56,590 bases of DNA from Vicugna vicugna (Eukaryota): contig MU057507.1 in assembly GCA_013265495.1 (NCBI GenBank), positions 26,700-83,289 on the forward strand. Reading direction: 5' to 3'. How positions within the stretch are numbered: the stretch's first letter is position 1; every line of letters starts with the position of its first letter. Of this stretch, positions 36,617-51,397 are shown one piece after another. A program made the position numbers and the translations under genes. The notes beneath the pieces were generated by a model that was not told the origin of the DNA, made no database searches, and worked only from the letters and a program-made list of their open reading frames with translations.

Positions 36617-38439
36617 CCCTAAATGTACACAATGACTTCAGAAGGAGGTATTCAGACAGGGAGAACTTTAAGAGAATTAATTTATAATTTATACATGGAC
36701 TATTCTCTAAAACTTATCTACTGTGAATGTGCCTGAGGTTGAAGATCATTCTGGTCCTCCTTTCTCACCTCTCTTTTCACAATTACCCTTCTCTCACTTT
36801 ACAAGAGAAAAGTCTACTCATTAGGCATCTTGAGTCCTAACATTGTTGCAGTCACTTCTGTGAGATCCCAGAGTACAGAAGAGCAGAGTGGATAAGATCT
36901 TGAAGTTGCAGCATAGTCGCAGGTTCTAATTAATTCTCTGTCACTCACTAACTCTGTAACTTGTTTGCTTGTTTATTTTAACACTTTTCAGACTTCTGGT
37001 CTCAGTGCTTTTTAAAAAATTTCAGCGTTTTTTAAAATTTTTTTTAAAAATTTCATTTGTTGAGATGTATAATAGTATGATTGAGAGAAGACTTTCAAGT
37101 ATAAAAAAATAGGACATTAGGATAAACTTACATGTAAGTGAATGGAAATGTGAGTTCAAGAAGAAAAGGTAATGGTGTCAAATGTCTGACGGTTAGAGAA
37201 CTTATCCATTTATATTTTAATGGGTGACAGTGGATATCAAAATACTACAGTATTTAGAATCCATTGAAGAAGTTAAAAGAGTGATGCAAGAGTTTAATTT
37301 TAAGCTGTCAATATTTACAAGGTGACAGAAATTATGCAGTGTTTGCATCTATTTGAACTTACGATGAAAAATTTTGAGATGTCAATTTGAAAATGTGCAA
37401 GGGGACAGGGTACAGTACAAAATTTAAAGAGCTAGATTACTGCTGAATCCCCTCTGTGTCCTTTCTTGCTTGATGAAAAAACAGAAAGAGGAAAAAAAAA
37501 AACAGTCACATAGAGATGTGATTAAAATGCAGCAGCAAATCCTACTGCACAAGACCGGTTTTCTCCGGTCCCCACTCACCCTGCCAGCTAGCTTCCAAGT
37601 GTTTTTTCTCTTGTTCAAGAAGTTCTTCATGCTCCCCCAGCCTTCCTTTCAAACCAATACCTATTTTCCCCTTTTTATCAAATAATGGCTCTCTTAGTCA
37701 TCAATGCAGGTCTCCTGGACTCTTACAACCTGCCTATGACTCAACATCCTTTTAGCAAGTGGGCCTTCAGATACAATCCATGATTATCAGACAGAACTTT
37801 GAAAAACATATTAAAAGAAAAGGAAAAGTTTTAAACAGTGCAATAGGGTGGTCCTCAAATCCACATTCACACACACATACAAGCTGCACTCACAGAGTTT
37901 TCTTCCCCATGCCAAGAAGACTACTGGGAAAATGGACAAGATAATCCAATGAATTAACTCAGTTGTTTGTTTTTATGCAGGAAACGGCAAAATATGGCTC
38001 TTTGGGGGATTGCAACCTTTATCGTTTCAGGCAAATTGTGAAACCGGTGTGTGTTCACAGGCTCAAGATAGTAATTTCACATGCACACATAAGCACATAT
38101 CTGCGCACACTGGGGATGGTGTGATTGTAGCTGTAGTGTGCAAGAAAGGGTGTCCTTTTTTCCATCCACCAGCCCAGACCTACATTTGCACATTGAAATC
38201 AAAGAACACAACCTTAAAATAGAAATGGCAATAAATAAAATAGTTCATTTTCATCCAGATTGGTTTGCAGAGCATAGTTCTACACTGGACTCTGGCCTGG
38301 TAAATGTCTCTTGCCTCACTGGCAGTCTGAGCTGTTTGATTCTTCCCTGTTTGAAGACAGCTTCTTTACACTCTGAAAAGAGCCAAGGGGAAAAAAAAAT
38401 CCTTCCTTATGCACTCACTCAAGACCAATCAACAGGTAT

Positions 38440-38595
38440 GGATTTCATTTCCAGGTTATCCTATACTAGCTATGTGACCTTGAGTAATAGTCTTAACATC
38501 TCTGTGCTTCAGTGTTTTCATCTGTAAAATAGGAACAATGCTGTACGCCCTGACTGATTTATACATTGAGTGATGGGGATTAAATGAGACACACT
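38440..38595 (+). mobile_element. MIR SINE
   Basis: actagctatgtgaccttgagtaatagtcttaacatctctgtgcttcagtgttttcatctgtaaaatagg. Confidence 0.85.
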
Positions 38596-39844
38596 GTTTT
38601 TAACAATTATTTAAAAGTACTATATATAAAATACATTAGAAAAACAATTATTAATATTATAATAATTCATTGTTATTAGTAGCTCCCAAGACCATATATT
38701 CCGCAGTTGATAAGCTGTAGCTATTAGAAATAAACCAAAATCAGAATCTCTTTAAATTCATTCCTGGTCTGCTTGCTGATTCTGTACAACATAGATCTAA
38801 CCCTTTTCCTAATGCAATAAATACTATCTTGATCTTTATCTTGATCGTCAGATAATTGAAGAGAGATACTGTGGTCCCATTCGACTTCTACACCTAGGTT
38901 TTCTTTGCTCTGGGCTAAAAGAAAGCTAATCTAATCAATTGAGAAGATTTTAAAGAAGAGGAAAAGTACAATATCTGTGGACGCATGCTGCTGTTCTCAG
39001 TGTTATTGTTTACTTGACTGATGGCTTTGGAGGTTGTTAACACATGGAAATGATGTTTGTTGAGTCTGGAAAAGTGAAAGATGTTTCAGTTTGCTCTTTT
39101 ATTCTCAATACTAGTCAGGGTTTAGTACTCTTTTGAAGTACTCATGAATAAGTGAATGAAAATCTGTCATAGATTTTATTTTTCCTAAGCATGATGGCCT
39201 GGAACTCCCAAGTCCTGCTGCATGGCTCCAGCATGATTGAACTCCAGGATCCTGAACCTTGATTCCAGCCCACATTCACAGAGCACCTGGCTTTGCCCCT
39301 CTACTCTTCTAAGAGGGTATTTCACAAACTTTGGGAAACTGATGGCACATGGGGCCATCTGGGGCCAGTGTCAGTAACTGATAACAAGTTGAATCATTTT
39401 TTTTCTTTTCCAAGGGGCAAGTGGGGACACAGCAACCTGGTCCTAAGTTCTCTTTTAGACAAAGCAAGTGGGTTAACTATCTTATTTGCTTATTAGGTAT
39501 TAATGCTGCAGCCTCAACTTCAGATCAGATGATTTAAAAAAAATAGACTGAGCCCTTCAAAGCCAAAGAAAGGAAACTTCTGTGGGACCAACTGGAAAGA
39601 AGAGTTTTGTGTGTTTGTTTATTTTCTTTGTTTTTTGTTTGTTTGTTTTGTCTGGTGTTTGTTTACTTAGTGTGTTTTAATCATACACACCTCACCTCTT
39701 CTCTATAATTTGGGTGAGCATAGCAAGCAGGAAATTTCTTGAGCTGCTTAAGTTATGAAGCTATGTCAAAGGCAAAAAGTCAGCACCTTTCATCCCACCC
39801 CTAGTCCTTGTTCTCTGCTACCTCAACCTGATCAGCTCCATAGA

Positions 39845-40070
39845 TGAAGGGTATTAAGAGGTACAAACATCCAGTTATGTAATAAATAAGTCACAGAGTT
39901 GTAATATACAGCATAAAGAATATTGTCAACAATATTGTAATAACTTTTTATGGGGACAAGTATTACTAGACTTATCCTGGTGATCATTTTGTAATGTATA
40001 CAAATATCAAATTATTATGTAGTACATCTGAAACTAACATAACATTGTACATCAACTATTTTTCAACTTA
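39845..40070 (+). mobile_element. L1 3' UTR fragment (L1MA9-like)
   Basis: aagaggtacaaacatccagttatgtaataaataagtcac...ggtgatcattttgtaatgtatacaaatatcaa...ctgaaactaac. Confidence 0.85.
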
Positions 40071-41309
40071 AACAATCCTCCTTTTGCCTAAGATCTTAAA
40101 TACTACAAGTTAAAGAAAACAAAGAAAAATCATGTTAGGAACTGTATATAACACAAAACTCAAACATGACTGTGGAGCTAGCTTTCTCTAAGCTTCAGGT
40201 CCTGTATGTCCCAGAACATTATAAATTGTAAATTCTATGAGAGTAGGAGCAGCGTCTGTCTTAAGTATGCTGTACCTCAATCTCTAGCACTATGCCTAGG
40301 CTTTTAGTATACACTCAGTAAATATTTTGGAAAGGAATAGTATGAGGAGTGTAAGGAAAAGAAGGACAGAAGGAAGTTCTAAGAAAAATAACTAAAGAAG
40401 GAATGGTGCTTGAATAAGGCACCATACCAGTGGGACCATAAGAGCCCACTGGTATCCACCCTTTGCATTCATACAGGAGACTATCTGAACCATTCATCAC
40501 TCCATTTTTAAGAATTCATTGGACAAAATCTCCATGGCTCTCTTTGCCTCCCATTTTTACTGCCAATAAAGTCATGCTTACACATTGGTCTGTAACTTAC
40601 TGAAAATTTCCGGACTACCCATGCAGGTTCATTATTCCCACTTGAGCTATCAACGTGCTACTTAGGAAATTTACCTGTATTGATTTAGTCTCCAGAGCAG
40701 CCAAACAACTGGTCAATTTTCAAAAGAAAAAGAATTTAATCAACTAAGTTGTATTCCCTTTTCCTTACTTAGATAAGGCAACTAGATAAGTCTACATAAT
40801 GAGCTGTCTGGTTTATTTAGAGACAGAGAAAAGACTCTCGTAAAATTCTGATTAGCTAAGACTCAACAGAACTAGGAAAGTTGAATAAACTTTGATATTA
40901 AGGGAAAAAGAAAAATTAAAATAAAAGCAATCACAGTTAAAATTACAAAAAATATTAAGGCCTCTCCTGCATTCAAATTACATTCAGTTCAGTTTCCTAT
41001 AACTTCTATAGCTGAAGCTTTGGACAGTGGTAACAAAGGGTATGAATGATCCTCCTATGGCCTTGCAAGAGTCTCAGAGTATCAGGTTTCAATGATGATA
41101 CCAGATATTTCATAATAATTCAAGAAATGTGGACCCAGGCCCCTTGGAAAGGTTTGAAAAATGGTGTTTGAAATTAAGAAAGTTCTCAGCCCACCCTTTA
41201 GATATCTGGAATTATTTATGGACAGAATATCCAATTCTTTAACCATTCTGCAATAGTTTTGTCACATCATTATCGTTCTAGTGGTAGAGTGTAGTGGTAG
41301 TGATCATAG

Positions 41310-44300
41310 CAGTGACATCTATTGAGCATTTACTACATGGTGAACTCTATGCTAAAGCTTTTAGATGGATTAATTTATTTATTCATAAATAATGTTTTTT
41401 TAATCTTCAGAACAACCCTATCAGATAAATATTAATATTATATTTACTTTGCAGATGACAAAACTAAGGAAAAAAGATGTTAAGCAACTTTCCTATGGTT
41501 ACTAACAGGGAAATTCAGATTTAATTTTGGCATGAAGCTCTCTGCCCCAACCACAAATACAACCCACTCTTTGGCCCTCTCCAAATCATATTCTCATACT
41601 CTAACATACAAATTAATAGTGATTAGATGATAAGTTTGAAACCAGAGAAAATACCAGGTTAAAGTCAGAGGACCTCAACCCCAAACAATACCCATTTCTA
41701 TAAATATAGATAAAAACTTTCTCCTCATAGTGAGTAAAGAATAGTGTTTTTAGATGCTAAGGAAAGCATGACATTAATATGTAAAACCATAATTTATATG
41801 AAAATGATTTTCTAATGATTGTTACATTTTGAAATATCAAATTAATCTATTCATAATTCATCATAATAAGGAAGAATTAGGCAAGCGCTTTATATCTATT
41901 AACTCTGTGAACTTTTGTCATCCTATTAAAATCATTACAATTCTGATTATAGGCCAGGTGTACAGACTGCCTTCTAAATTGATAGCAATATAAGATTAGC
42001 ACCTCATTCTTTAAAATATTCACATAGTTTATGCAAAAGCACGATTGTTGGCTGGATAATAATTGGCTTAATTAAGGAAAAGGAGGCAAAGGAAACAAAC
42101 ATTTACTGACCACCTGCATTATATTGTACTAGGTGCTTCCACATACATTATCTTGTTATGGTGATAATACATATCTCACATAGTTGTTCTGAAGATTAAA
42201 TGAGCCCACATACATGAAAGTGCCCAGGGGGAGGCAGAGAAATAGACCTAACATTATAGATCACATACCATATTCCAGGTCCTGTGATGTGTGCTATCAT
42301 ATTATTTATTTTAATCTTCACAACAGCCCTGCACACTTGGCATTGCTACCTAGATTTTATGCATGACAATGCTAAGTCTCAGACAAATTTTTAACTACTA
42401 ATGTCAACCACATAGTAGATGATTGAGTTAGGAGTGTAGACCCTGAATTGACTGAATTAAACATCCATGATCTTGCTGCTTAAAGTATAGCAAAAGCCTT
42501 TTTAACAACACTTTATCATAGGGAGGGAGGGAAAGAGAAATATCAGTATCGGTTCATTCATTCAACAAATACATCTTCAGCACATACTGTGTGCCAGACA
42601 CTGAGCTAAATTCTTTCCATAAATTATCTCAGTAAATCTTCACAACACACCTAGGAGTCATGTACCAGGATTACTTTAATTTTATAGGTAAGGAAAACAG
42701 GGCTCAAGGAAGTTAAATTGACTTGCTTAGCATCATAGAATTAGAACATGGCAGAATCTGGATCCAAAATTAAGTTGTTTGTCTTCAAAGCCTGTACTCA
42801 TTTCAGAATATTGTGAAACTTTTCTAAGGTAAATTATTCAAAGAAAAGAACTTCGAATCATCTCAAACACCATTAGGAAGATCAGTTTGATAGCCCCCAG
42901 TCCAATGGCTCTATTACATGGACTGAGCTCTGTAGGTTAGGAGAGAGGGACAGAGACAGAGAAAAAGAGAGAGAAACAGAGAGAGAAATATTCAATCATG
43001 TTGGTCACCTTAGAGATGGAAGGGACCATAAGAAACCATCAGGTCTAGCCATCTGCTTTGCGAAACAGCATTTCTGAACTACCTGCCTATTCTCATACTA
43101 AAGATTTATTGATGCCATCCTAAACCCAGGAGTGTTCTGTACACACTGTTGGCATCAGACCAAAGCATGACATGCCCCATGCAAATCCATCTCCACCACC
43201 AGTTGTAGAATGTCATGGCTCCTTCTACTAAATAAAGAGCAACACAGGAAAGGCTGCTACAGAGTGAATGGACTTAATGGATTTCATAAGAAGACTATTT
43301 TCAAGTCATAAAGTTGCCCCCAAAACCAATCTTCTGTCATTCACCTCAGCAACATCCCTTTTAAATCTACAATATGTAGGCCAATGACCATACTTCTGGG
43401 TAGGCAAGACTCAGCCTCCTTCTTCCTTCCCTTCTCATCTCTGGTTGTAGCTACTCCCATAGCCTCCACTCTTATAACAGTTCTCAATATTCTACCAGCC
43501 AAGGATATGATTTTCTGGATTAAATCCTGAGCAAACAAACTTGCCTTTTCTTTTATTTAAAGGTACCTGCCTTGGCTATTCCCCACAAGGCTTTCTTCCC
43601 ATACCTGTATCAGGGGAACAGAAATGGAAGTCAGAGACTCCAGGGAATCCCTGCCAGGTAACTTGAAGACTGCCCTATGAGATAGTTGGCCCAGAATGAG
43701 ATTCTGATGTTAATAAGGCCTAGATGGAGTGTTCAAGCTCTGTGGAATCAATTATAATCCTGCACAGTGAGTCTGTGCCGTAGCTGAAAACTTTGAGTTG
43801 CTACCTCCCAAATGCAGACCCTGGATCACAATGAGGAACAGGGTCAGAGAGTAGAAGGCCTCCAAGCAAACTCTTCAAATTGCACGTGCTAATGGAGCAG
43901 GTAAACAAGGGAAATAACTGCAGACTTCACAATTCAGAGGCAGTATAATGTTACAGGATATACAAGGCCTTTGGAGCTAGAAATCTGGGTGACTTGGGGC
44001 AGTTACTTAATCTCTCTGAGTTTCTGTGTCTTCATTTTAAACAGTGGTGAGCTGGGTAGAGAGGAGCTGAAGTAGGAGGGAGGACATCACATTTACTGAG
44101 TGCATACTTTATGCAGGCATTGTACTCAATACTTTACAGATACATTCACTTCACCGGACCAAAATTTCTTCACGTTATGAATTATTATTGAAATAATGTA
44201 CAATATAAGAGAGTGCCTAGCTCATAGTACACTTAATAAATGTCAGCTCCTTCCTTTTCAAATCTATAGGGAAAAGACAAGAATTCCAGTTCTCAGAAAA

Positions 44301-44540
44301 TACATCTATTCAGTGTTCTCCCTAGTGCTTTTGAAGTTTTCAGTTTACAGTTTGAAGAGGCCTCAAAGAAATCATTTCTAGAAGTAATCATAGAATTTTA
44401 GAGTGGATGGGACCTTAAAGATTGTTGATGTCCGAGTCCTCAATGGATAGGAGAGGGAGATATTTATTTGTTACTGGTTCTGCAGCAAGGGCTACACCAG
44501 AACCAAGGTGTCCTCCCTCCCAAGTTTGTGTGCTCCAATG
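41310..44540. mobile_element. Cluster of MIR and L2 fragments within partly unique sequence
   Basis: tttgcagatgacaaaactaagg (~41450), cattcattcaacaaatac (~42555), ttttataggtaaggaaaacagggctc (~42680), gtgacttggggcagttacttaatctctctgag (~43990), aatcatagaattttagagtggatgggacc (~44387). Confidence 0.65.
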
Positions 44541-46619
44541 ACTCTTAAGGGCTGGCTCAGAAAAAGCCACTCTTAACTTTTAATTAGCAGAGGTGAAAGG
44601 CAGCATTCAGACTCAGGGTGGCTGCAGGACATAGAAGCTTCTTGGTGTTCAAGAGTTGCTGCTCCAAAGGAGTTTCAGGAAATGGCTTTGGGGCATGGGA
44701 GGGAGGGAAAAGATACAAGGATTCACCATGTTGGGGTAGCCACTTTGGAAACAAAGGCAGAAACAAAAGCAGAACCATGATTTCTCAATAGCCCCATCTT
44801 TGGAGTTTAAAGAAATTCACAGGATTCCACTTTCTTTGTCGGGTCTTGGAGTCCACTGCCCTCTCCCGTGAGCTAGTTTGCATTTCCCACCACAGGTCAC
44901 TCTCAGCCATTGTCTTCTAAGACCCTTGTCAAAACGAATATGCTGGCAAGAAGAATTCTGTTCCCAAACCTGGAGCTATGCATGGAAAGTACTCTAGAAA
45001 TATCTACTGAATGAATTAATCAATTAATCAAGGCCTGCTTAGGGAGATCTTTCTGCTCTCTCACTGGAACATAGGAATAGGGCTGAATTTCTTAAGCAGC
45101 CTATAGACATTGTTGGTTAGTTCTGTTTCTCACCTCCTAGCCTAGAGCTGGAGAATGGGCCTTCTCTGGTGGAAGCAAAGCTTTTCCCCAAAAGCAAAAA
45201 AGGCCCAGTCTCTGTGACTCATCCTGAAATTTTCCAAAAAGAATGGTAAGGAGAACGCAAGGCAGACAAACATAAAAGAACTGAGGCCAGAACTACAATT
45301 CCTCAATAATCTAAGGGGAGTAGAAATGGAGAGCAGAATCCCCTGTTATGATGACACCTCATCTGCTACTCACTTAAAGGAAAGATGTGGAATTATTCCA
45401 TTCATTCTTCATGAGAATGCTACCCTTTGTAGAGAAATGGCCTGAGTAGCAGTGGGAGCAGTCAGAGGGCTACATGGGCTGTGAGGGTAGGGATGGGGAG
45501 GAAGCATTGATCAAAGGAATTGTCTTGAAGTGGTAGAGCAAATTCTAGTCTAGTCTATAACCTTCTCAAAATGAACAATTAACCCTTTTTGCTCACAAGC
45601 TTACTCTATAAAATAAAGAGTCCATAGATTACCAAAGCCTTAAAATAATCCCAGAATCCTGGACATGTACATATACATGTACATGAACTAAAATGTTCAC
45701 AGGATACACAGGCAGATTCAAACACATACAAAATGTAACAAAAGCAACCATGTCAACACATACTATCACTCGGATATAAATCCATATACATGAACATATT
45801 AAAAACAAAGAAATGACACCACATATACACGCGCACACACACTCTTCCAGACACAGATTAGCCACAGTTTCTGGGCTAATTGGACAAACTGAATACTCCC
45901 AAAATGATAGCTTGCTACTACTCCCAACTCTTTCTCTATCTGCCCCAGCATTTGAAGTTTTCCCTAACTTTTTTTTAAAAGTTGTTTTTAAAATTTGTAA
46001 CAACTCCCAGCAGCTAGTACTTGAGGACTTCTAGAGTTTTTACTTGAAGGATGACTTTCTCTTGAATAAAGTGAAACTCAGAGATGGAAATAAGATAATA
46101 CTTTCACAAGCCCAATTTTCTTCTCCATTATATTATTAAATGGGAAATCATCTTCCGTAAACTACACCTCCCTGTCCACAGGATATGTTGGCTGATCCAA
46201 ATTTTTGCAAACCATGTTTCACTTTTGCTTAGACATTTTCCAAATTCTTGCTCCAGTCCTGCTCCTACTGAAGCAACTTCACATCCAGGTTCCCTTGAGT
46301 AGCACTAGATTTGAGATGGATACTAAGGAAAGAACAGAAACTTGAGACCCTAAATCATATGTCTGTGACCACTGTCTCAAGTCCCTTTTTGGGCAAGAAT
46401 TGAGTTGGTAGCAACTTGACTAATTATGATTTTGCTAAGAGTGAGAAAACAGGGAACTTCTTTGCTTCACCCTCTGGATCACTATAATTACAAACCCACA
46501 CCTTTTTGTGCAGCTCTTTATAGTTTACTATGTGCTGCTGTTCCTTTGTTGTTCTTTTACACCTCTGTTCCTATTGTTCCTTTGTTGGTCCATGAGATAG
46601 CTCTCTGAAGTTATTCATG

Positions 46620-47140
46620 CAAGTTTGATGACTCTATCCATTTTACTGATAAAGAAACTGAGGTCCAAGAAGGTGTGATGGCATGCCTAAGATCCACAAA
46701 GCTAAGTAGTGTCAGAGCTAAGTCTTGAACCTGATTTTTATGACTCTGCTGCCAATATCTTTAAAATTATACTACTTCATTCCTTGTTGTCTACCCAATG
46801 CCACTTCCCCCACCCCACAACACACATACACACACAAACACACATACACACATACATACACACACACACACACACAGAGTAAGGCTATATTCTAGTTTCA
46901 CCCTTTCCAGACAACACCCTAGTCTTTTGCCTTCTCTTGTTCCCAGCCAACTTAACCTATTTTACATCTCTTCAACCTGGACCATCTTCTCTATGCCTAA
47001 GTTGACAATATTATCTCATTTAATCTTTAGGAAGAGTTAAGTAATTTGCCCGAAGTCACACAACCAATAAATTATGGAGCCAAGAATGCAATTCAGTGGG
47101 CTTCAGTGCTTATGTATTTTTTGTAACATTATACTGCCTT
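46620..47140 (-). mobile_element. Two MIR fragments flanking a (CA)n tract (46818-46876)
   Basis: ccattttactgataaagaaactgaggtccaag; gttaagtaatttgcccgaagtcacacaac. Confidence 0.75.
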
Positions 47141-47719
47141 TCAGAGTTCATTTGCTAAATTAATCTGCTAATGGGCTAATACCATACAAAGACCAATCAA
47201 AAGGATGCTATAATAGCTGCATTTGTTTTTATTATTGCAGTCAGTGTGACACAAGAGTGGTTTAATACATTTTTTCTAACTAAATTCTATTGCCATGGCA
47301 TTGGATGCCTACTGTATATCTGGCTAGACCCTATGACACCGTTAGGAAACAATATAACACAGTGTAGTAAAGTACTAAGTAGTACACGTTTAAAGGTCCA
47401 CTTGTAAATTGGAGGCAAAAATAGATTAAAAATAAGCTATAAGGGAGATCAACAAGGAAGTAGTTAAAGTTGGCTGGAATTATCAAGAAGGAAGTAAAAG
47501 TTGAATTTGTCTAAGAAGGATTTGAGAACTTATAGAAAAGAAAAAAGGGCTTTCCATACAAAAGAACAGGATAAGCAAAGACACAAAGACAGCTTTGAAT
47601 ATTCCATGTATGGGAACAATGAATAGACTGGCTTCATTTCCATATAAGATAAACAGGCTGGGGAGGAGTTCAAAATAGTATGTTGTGTGGAATAGCTGTC
47701 TGTCCAACACAAGGGAAGT

Positions 47720-50700
47720 TCACATTCACACATATACTATTGTTCATACACTTACATTGGATATTCACAAAAAGGATGGGAGAAAGACTTCCCTGCAAGC
47801 TTTCTCAGACTCTTCTCTCCTATGAAGCAAAAGCCTTAAGATGCTAGGCATAAGGCAGAAAATTCTCTCACATCCATGGCACAGGCAAAGATCTATTGCT
47901 TTGAGGGTTGGCGGAGGGAAAGTTGAAGGCATACTTGTCTGTCTCTAAGGAAAGCATAAGGAATCTTTTACCCAGAAGTCAAGAAAAATCCTTTGCCCCC
48001 GGGGGAAGAATATAAGCAAATCCCTCTACTTCTGAAACAGAAGCAGGAACCTTTCTTGGATCCAGGATCCTACAAACATAACACACAGAGCTCTGCTACA
48101 ACTGGAAGAGGGACAGGAAACTTCTGTCCAAGACCAAAAACAGATACAAGGCAGATCATTGCCAGTGTGAGGATGGCTGGGAGTACTAAGAAGCTTCTTT
48201 CCTGAAGCCCTGGTGTACAGGGCCTATCTGAGACTGACACTGGACCAAGAAAACAGAGAACATGCTATGCCCCCATGAGGATCCCAGTGCAAAATAACAA
48301 GCAACAGCATTTTTCTGTTGAAGGAGGGGCAAGAACATAGAAAGAACTCCCCTCTGTGGCCCAGGCATGCAAGGGCAACTGAAAGCTGAGGGGAAAACAG
48401 GAACACTGAGAAAAACCCTGTGGCAACACAATTCACACTCTAAGGATGTGATATTAGCAGCTTATAAGAATTCAAAGCCAGTGGTACACTGATGATAATG
48501 ATAGCACAAGTCACAAAACCTGCTCAAGTACTGAGTGGACTGACTTAGTTTCACAATTAAATGGCCCTATAAAGGAAGAGGCAGGTTCATATCTTTCATA
48601 TCTAGACATAACTATTTACCTTAGTTCTTAGTATTCTTCTAAACACATTGTCTGGTATTAAATGAAAAATTAAGAGACAAATAGAAAAGCAAGAAAAAAT
48701 GATTTATTGTCAAGAAATTAAGCAACCAACCAAATCTCATTCAGAGTTGTTGCAGCTATTGCAATGATTAGAAAGATACTTTAAAATAACTATAATAAAT
48801 ATGATAAATGACCTAGTGAAAAAGATGGATGAACATGTATGAACAGATGGAGAATTTCAGCACAGCAATGGAAACTACATGGAAGAGAAAAATGGAAATA
48901 CTATAAATTTTTTAAAAACACAGTAACAAAGTAATACAGTAATGAGTTTACACAGATGAATAATGCCTTTGATGGCCTCATTAATAGATGGATACGACCA
49001 AAGAAAAGATTAGTGAACTTGGGGATAGGTCATCGTAAATTATTCAAACTGTAATGCAAAGAGAGGGAAAAAGTGAGGGAAAAAAAAAGAACAAAGCACC
49101 CAAAAGTTGTGGGACAATATATAGTTGACTAACATACAAGCAATTTGAGTCTCAGAGAAGAGGCAGGGAAAAAAATGGGGCAGAGGAATCCATTGAAAAC
49201 AGAATAACTGAGAATTTTCAAAAAATAATGAAAGGTTACACACCACATATCCAAGAGCCAGATGTGGATAAATATAAATACACATTTCAAGATAAATCAA
49301 AGTTAAACTTCTGAAAACCATCTATAAGACAAAATATTGATGGTAAAGAAATGCAGTACATTTAAAGGAGCAAAAATTAAAATCAATGTAGACTTCTCAT
49401 CAGAAACTTGCAAGCCAGAAGATAACTCAGTGGCATATTTAAAGTATGAACAGAAATATATGCCAACCTAGAAATCCATACTTATTGAAAATATTTTTCA
49501 ATAATGAAGAGAAAATAAAGACTTTCTCACACAAAAGCTGAGAGAATTTACTTCTAGTAAACACGTACTACAAGAAATGTTAAGGGAAGTTATTTAAGCA
49601 GAAAGAATAAGATACCAGATGGAAACTTGGATCTATAGAAAGAAATGAAAAGCGCCAAGAATGATAAAAATAAAAATAAATATAAAAGGCATTCTTTGAA
49701 TATTTTAGTCTCTTTAAAATTAAATAGGCAATCTCAAGAAAAAATAGTAAAACATATTTTGAAATTTATAACATAAATAAGTAAATTGCCTAGCAACAAT
49801 AGCACAATAGATATGAATAAGTAATTTGTAACATACTGGTGTAAGGTTCTTATTCTATATGTGAATTGTATACTATTATTTGAAGTTGGACTGTGACTAA
49901 TTAAAGCTGTATATTATAAATCATAGTGAAACCAATAAACAAAAATTTTAAAAGAGCCTAAACAAGTTAAGAGAGGAGATAAAATGGCATCATAAATATA
50001 CAATCTATTCAAAATAAAACAGGAAAAGAGGAAAAATTAATAAATAACAGATGAGATTAGCAAAAAACAATTACTAAGATATAGATGTAAATGTTAACTA
50101 TATCAACAATTCCATTAAATATAAAGTCTGAACATCCACAGAAAAGGTAGATATTGTCATATTGGCTATAAAAGCAAGACCCAGTTATATGCTTTTTACA
50201 AGAAGCTCACTAGAAATATAAAATTCCTGATAGATGAAAAGTAAAGTGAAGGAAAATAAGATATACCATAAAAACCTTAACCAAAAATAAAGCTGGAATG
50301 ACTATATGAATGAATATCAGTGCAAGAATACTTCAGAACAAGTAATATTACTACCAGAGGTAGAGACATTGCATAATAATAAGGACTTCAGTTCATCAAG
50401 AAGACATCACAATCCTAAATGTGTGTATACTATCAACAGAATTTCAAAATACACAAAACGAAAGTTGTCAGAACCGAAAGGAGAATAAGATAAATACACT
50501 ATTACAGTTGGACATTTCAACACTTCTCTCTCATTTTACAATAGAACAAGTAAGAAGAAAATAAATAAGGATATAGAAGGATTTTATGTTGGTATCTGAA
50601 AACACTAATGAACTTATCTACAAAACAGAAACAGACACACAGACATAGTAAACAAATTTATGGTTACCAGGGGAAAGCGGGTAAGAAGGGATAAACTGGG

Positions 50701-51397
50701 AGTTTGAGATTTGCAAATACTTACTGTATATAAAATAGATAAAAAACAAATTTTTTCTGCATAGCACAGGGAAAACTATATTCAATATTTTGTAGTTAGC
50801 TATAATGAAAAGAATATGAAAGCAAATATATGTATGTACATGTATGACTGAAACATTATGCTGTATACCAGAAATTGACACATTGTAACTCGTGATACTT
50901 CAATTTTAAAAAGAAAGGAAAAAAGACATAAATTACCAGTGTTACAAAAGAAAGGAGGGACATTACTACAAATCTTGCAGAACTTACAAAGGATAATAAA
51001 GGACTATTTTCAACAATTTTTGCTGAAAAATTTGATCAGTTAGATGAAATGGTCAAATTCCTTGAACAATACTACCATTTTTCACTCAAGAAAAAATAAG
51101 CAACCTAAACAGTCCTATGTCTACTATAGAAATTGGATTCATAGTTAGAAGCCATCAAACAAGCAAAAACAACAACATAAATTAGAAACAAACTCTTCCA
51201 GAAAATACAAGTATAAGAAACATTGTCCAATACTTATTATTATACCATCATTTCTCTGATATCAAAACTAAACAAGGGCATCGCCAGTAAAGAGAAGTAC
51301 AGACAAATATCCCTCAGGTACATAAATACAGAAAGTTTTAACAAAAATATCAGTAAACTAAATCCAGTAATATATACAAAGGAACATGCATCATGAT
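47720..51397 (+). mobile_element. Old L1 5' half: putative 5' UTR, decayed ORF1, inter-ORF, ORF2 endonuclease and linker
   Basis: ORF1 C-terminal motifs gacttctcatcagaaac...aataaagactttctc...ctacaagaaatgttaaggg (49390-49590); ORF2 EN aagcaagacccagttatatgctttttacaagaagctcac and gttggacatttcaacacttctctctca; the 5' boundary is uncertain. Confidence 0.8.
50585..50918 (+). mobile_element. Younger L1 3' UTR inserted into the old L1
   Basis: gaacttatctacaaaacagaaacagac...atgactgaaacattatgctgtataccagaaattgacac...A-rich tail. Confidence 0.9.

Noticed and set aside
37003..37055. AT-rich quasi-palindrome (tttttaaaaaattt...)
   Set aside because: Low complexity; expected by chance or slippage.
40440..41250. 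Possible CR1/L3 RT remnant on the minus strand
   Set aside because: Only a faint FSK-like motif; not supportable without a profile search.
44575..44587. Near match to the H/P-element 13-mer AACTTTTTAATGA
   Set aside because: The sequence is AACTTTTAATTAG (one T short, different 3' end) with no adjacent O/E site.
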